A stretch of DNA of 64,000 bases, taken from contig JBFLGF010000049.1 in assembly GCA_050230475.1 (NCBI GenBank), forward strand, positions 1-64,000, in the 5' to 3' direction. Made by a program: the position numbers and the translations under genes. This document shows positions 63,489-64,000 of the stretch, piece by piece; position 1 is the first letter of the stretch; each line of letters opens with the position of its first letter. The stretch comes from Ancylonema sp. (Eukaryota). The notes beneath the pieces were generated by a model that saw nothing but the letters and a program-made list of their open reading frames with translations, was not told where the DNA came from and searched no databases.

Positions 63489-64000
63489 AGCGTGTGCCTG
63501 TATCCGTGGTCCCTCTCCGAACCCCACTTCTCAAATGTGGCCCCCCGCCCCGCCTTCGAACCAGTAGACCCATTGGTCCGAATTGAGGGTCGCATCCTTC
63601 AGGGTGTCAGTGTAGAGAGCGGTTAACCGCCCCGATTGTTTTCCCTCGCCCTCTTTCTTCCAGATTGATTCCCTCTGCGCCCTGTGTGGCGAGGAGGTGT
63701 GGGAGGGGGGTGGGGTTAGAACGGATGGGTGCAACCACAGGTGAAGACCACCCTCTCTATAGGCTCTTTGGGGGTAGACTGTTTGGACGCAGGTTCAGGT
63801 TGTGCTTGCAGATAGTCACAAACATTGTGAATTCTCTGGTGTCTGTCTGGAAAGGTGTTCTTATTCAGAGGGGTGCCTATACAGAGGAGTTGACTCTGCC
63901 ACCCCCCCCCTCTCAGGGTCTGCTGGCGCTACCTCCAGAGTTGGGCTTCCAATGGAGCCCCCACCTGCCCCGCATGCCACCTGGCCAAGGTGCCAGCTGT

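Overview
Eukaryotic nuclear DNA with short GT-AG introns and GC-rich exons. The gene content (plant-type LpxB, a CHASE-domain hybrid histidine kinase, a plastid-type DnaJ, a CDT1-like peptide, a KNL2-type motif) points to a green plant, most plausibly a streptophyte alga; this is inferred and I cannot name the species. I hand-spliced seven genes: a CDT1/CYSTM-like Cys-rich peptide (-, absent from the ORF track) head-to-head with LpxB (+); an Rpr2/Rpp21-like Zn domain with a ~780-aa disordered tail (-); a 12-exon cytokinin-receptor-like CHASE kinase (+); a DJC73-like J-protein with one in-frame TAA (+); a KNL2/Mis18BP1-like protein with a CENP-C-type motif plus a SANT/Myb domain but no visible SANTA domain (-); and, head-to-head with it, a divergent cullin-like gene (+). 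Positions 4838-18252 are a nest of four decayed Ty1/Copia elements, two with readable TSDs. The intergenic DNA holds a solo LTR, hAT and Tc1/mariner MITEs and truncated CRE-like non-LTR remnants. No rRNA, tRNA or CRISPR array was recognised. All family assignments come from motifs recognised by eye and recalled reference sequences, not from database searches.
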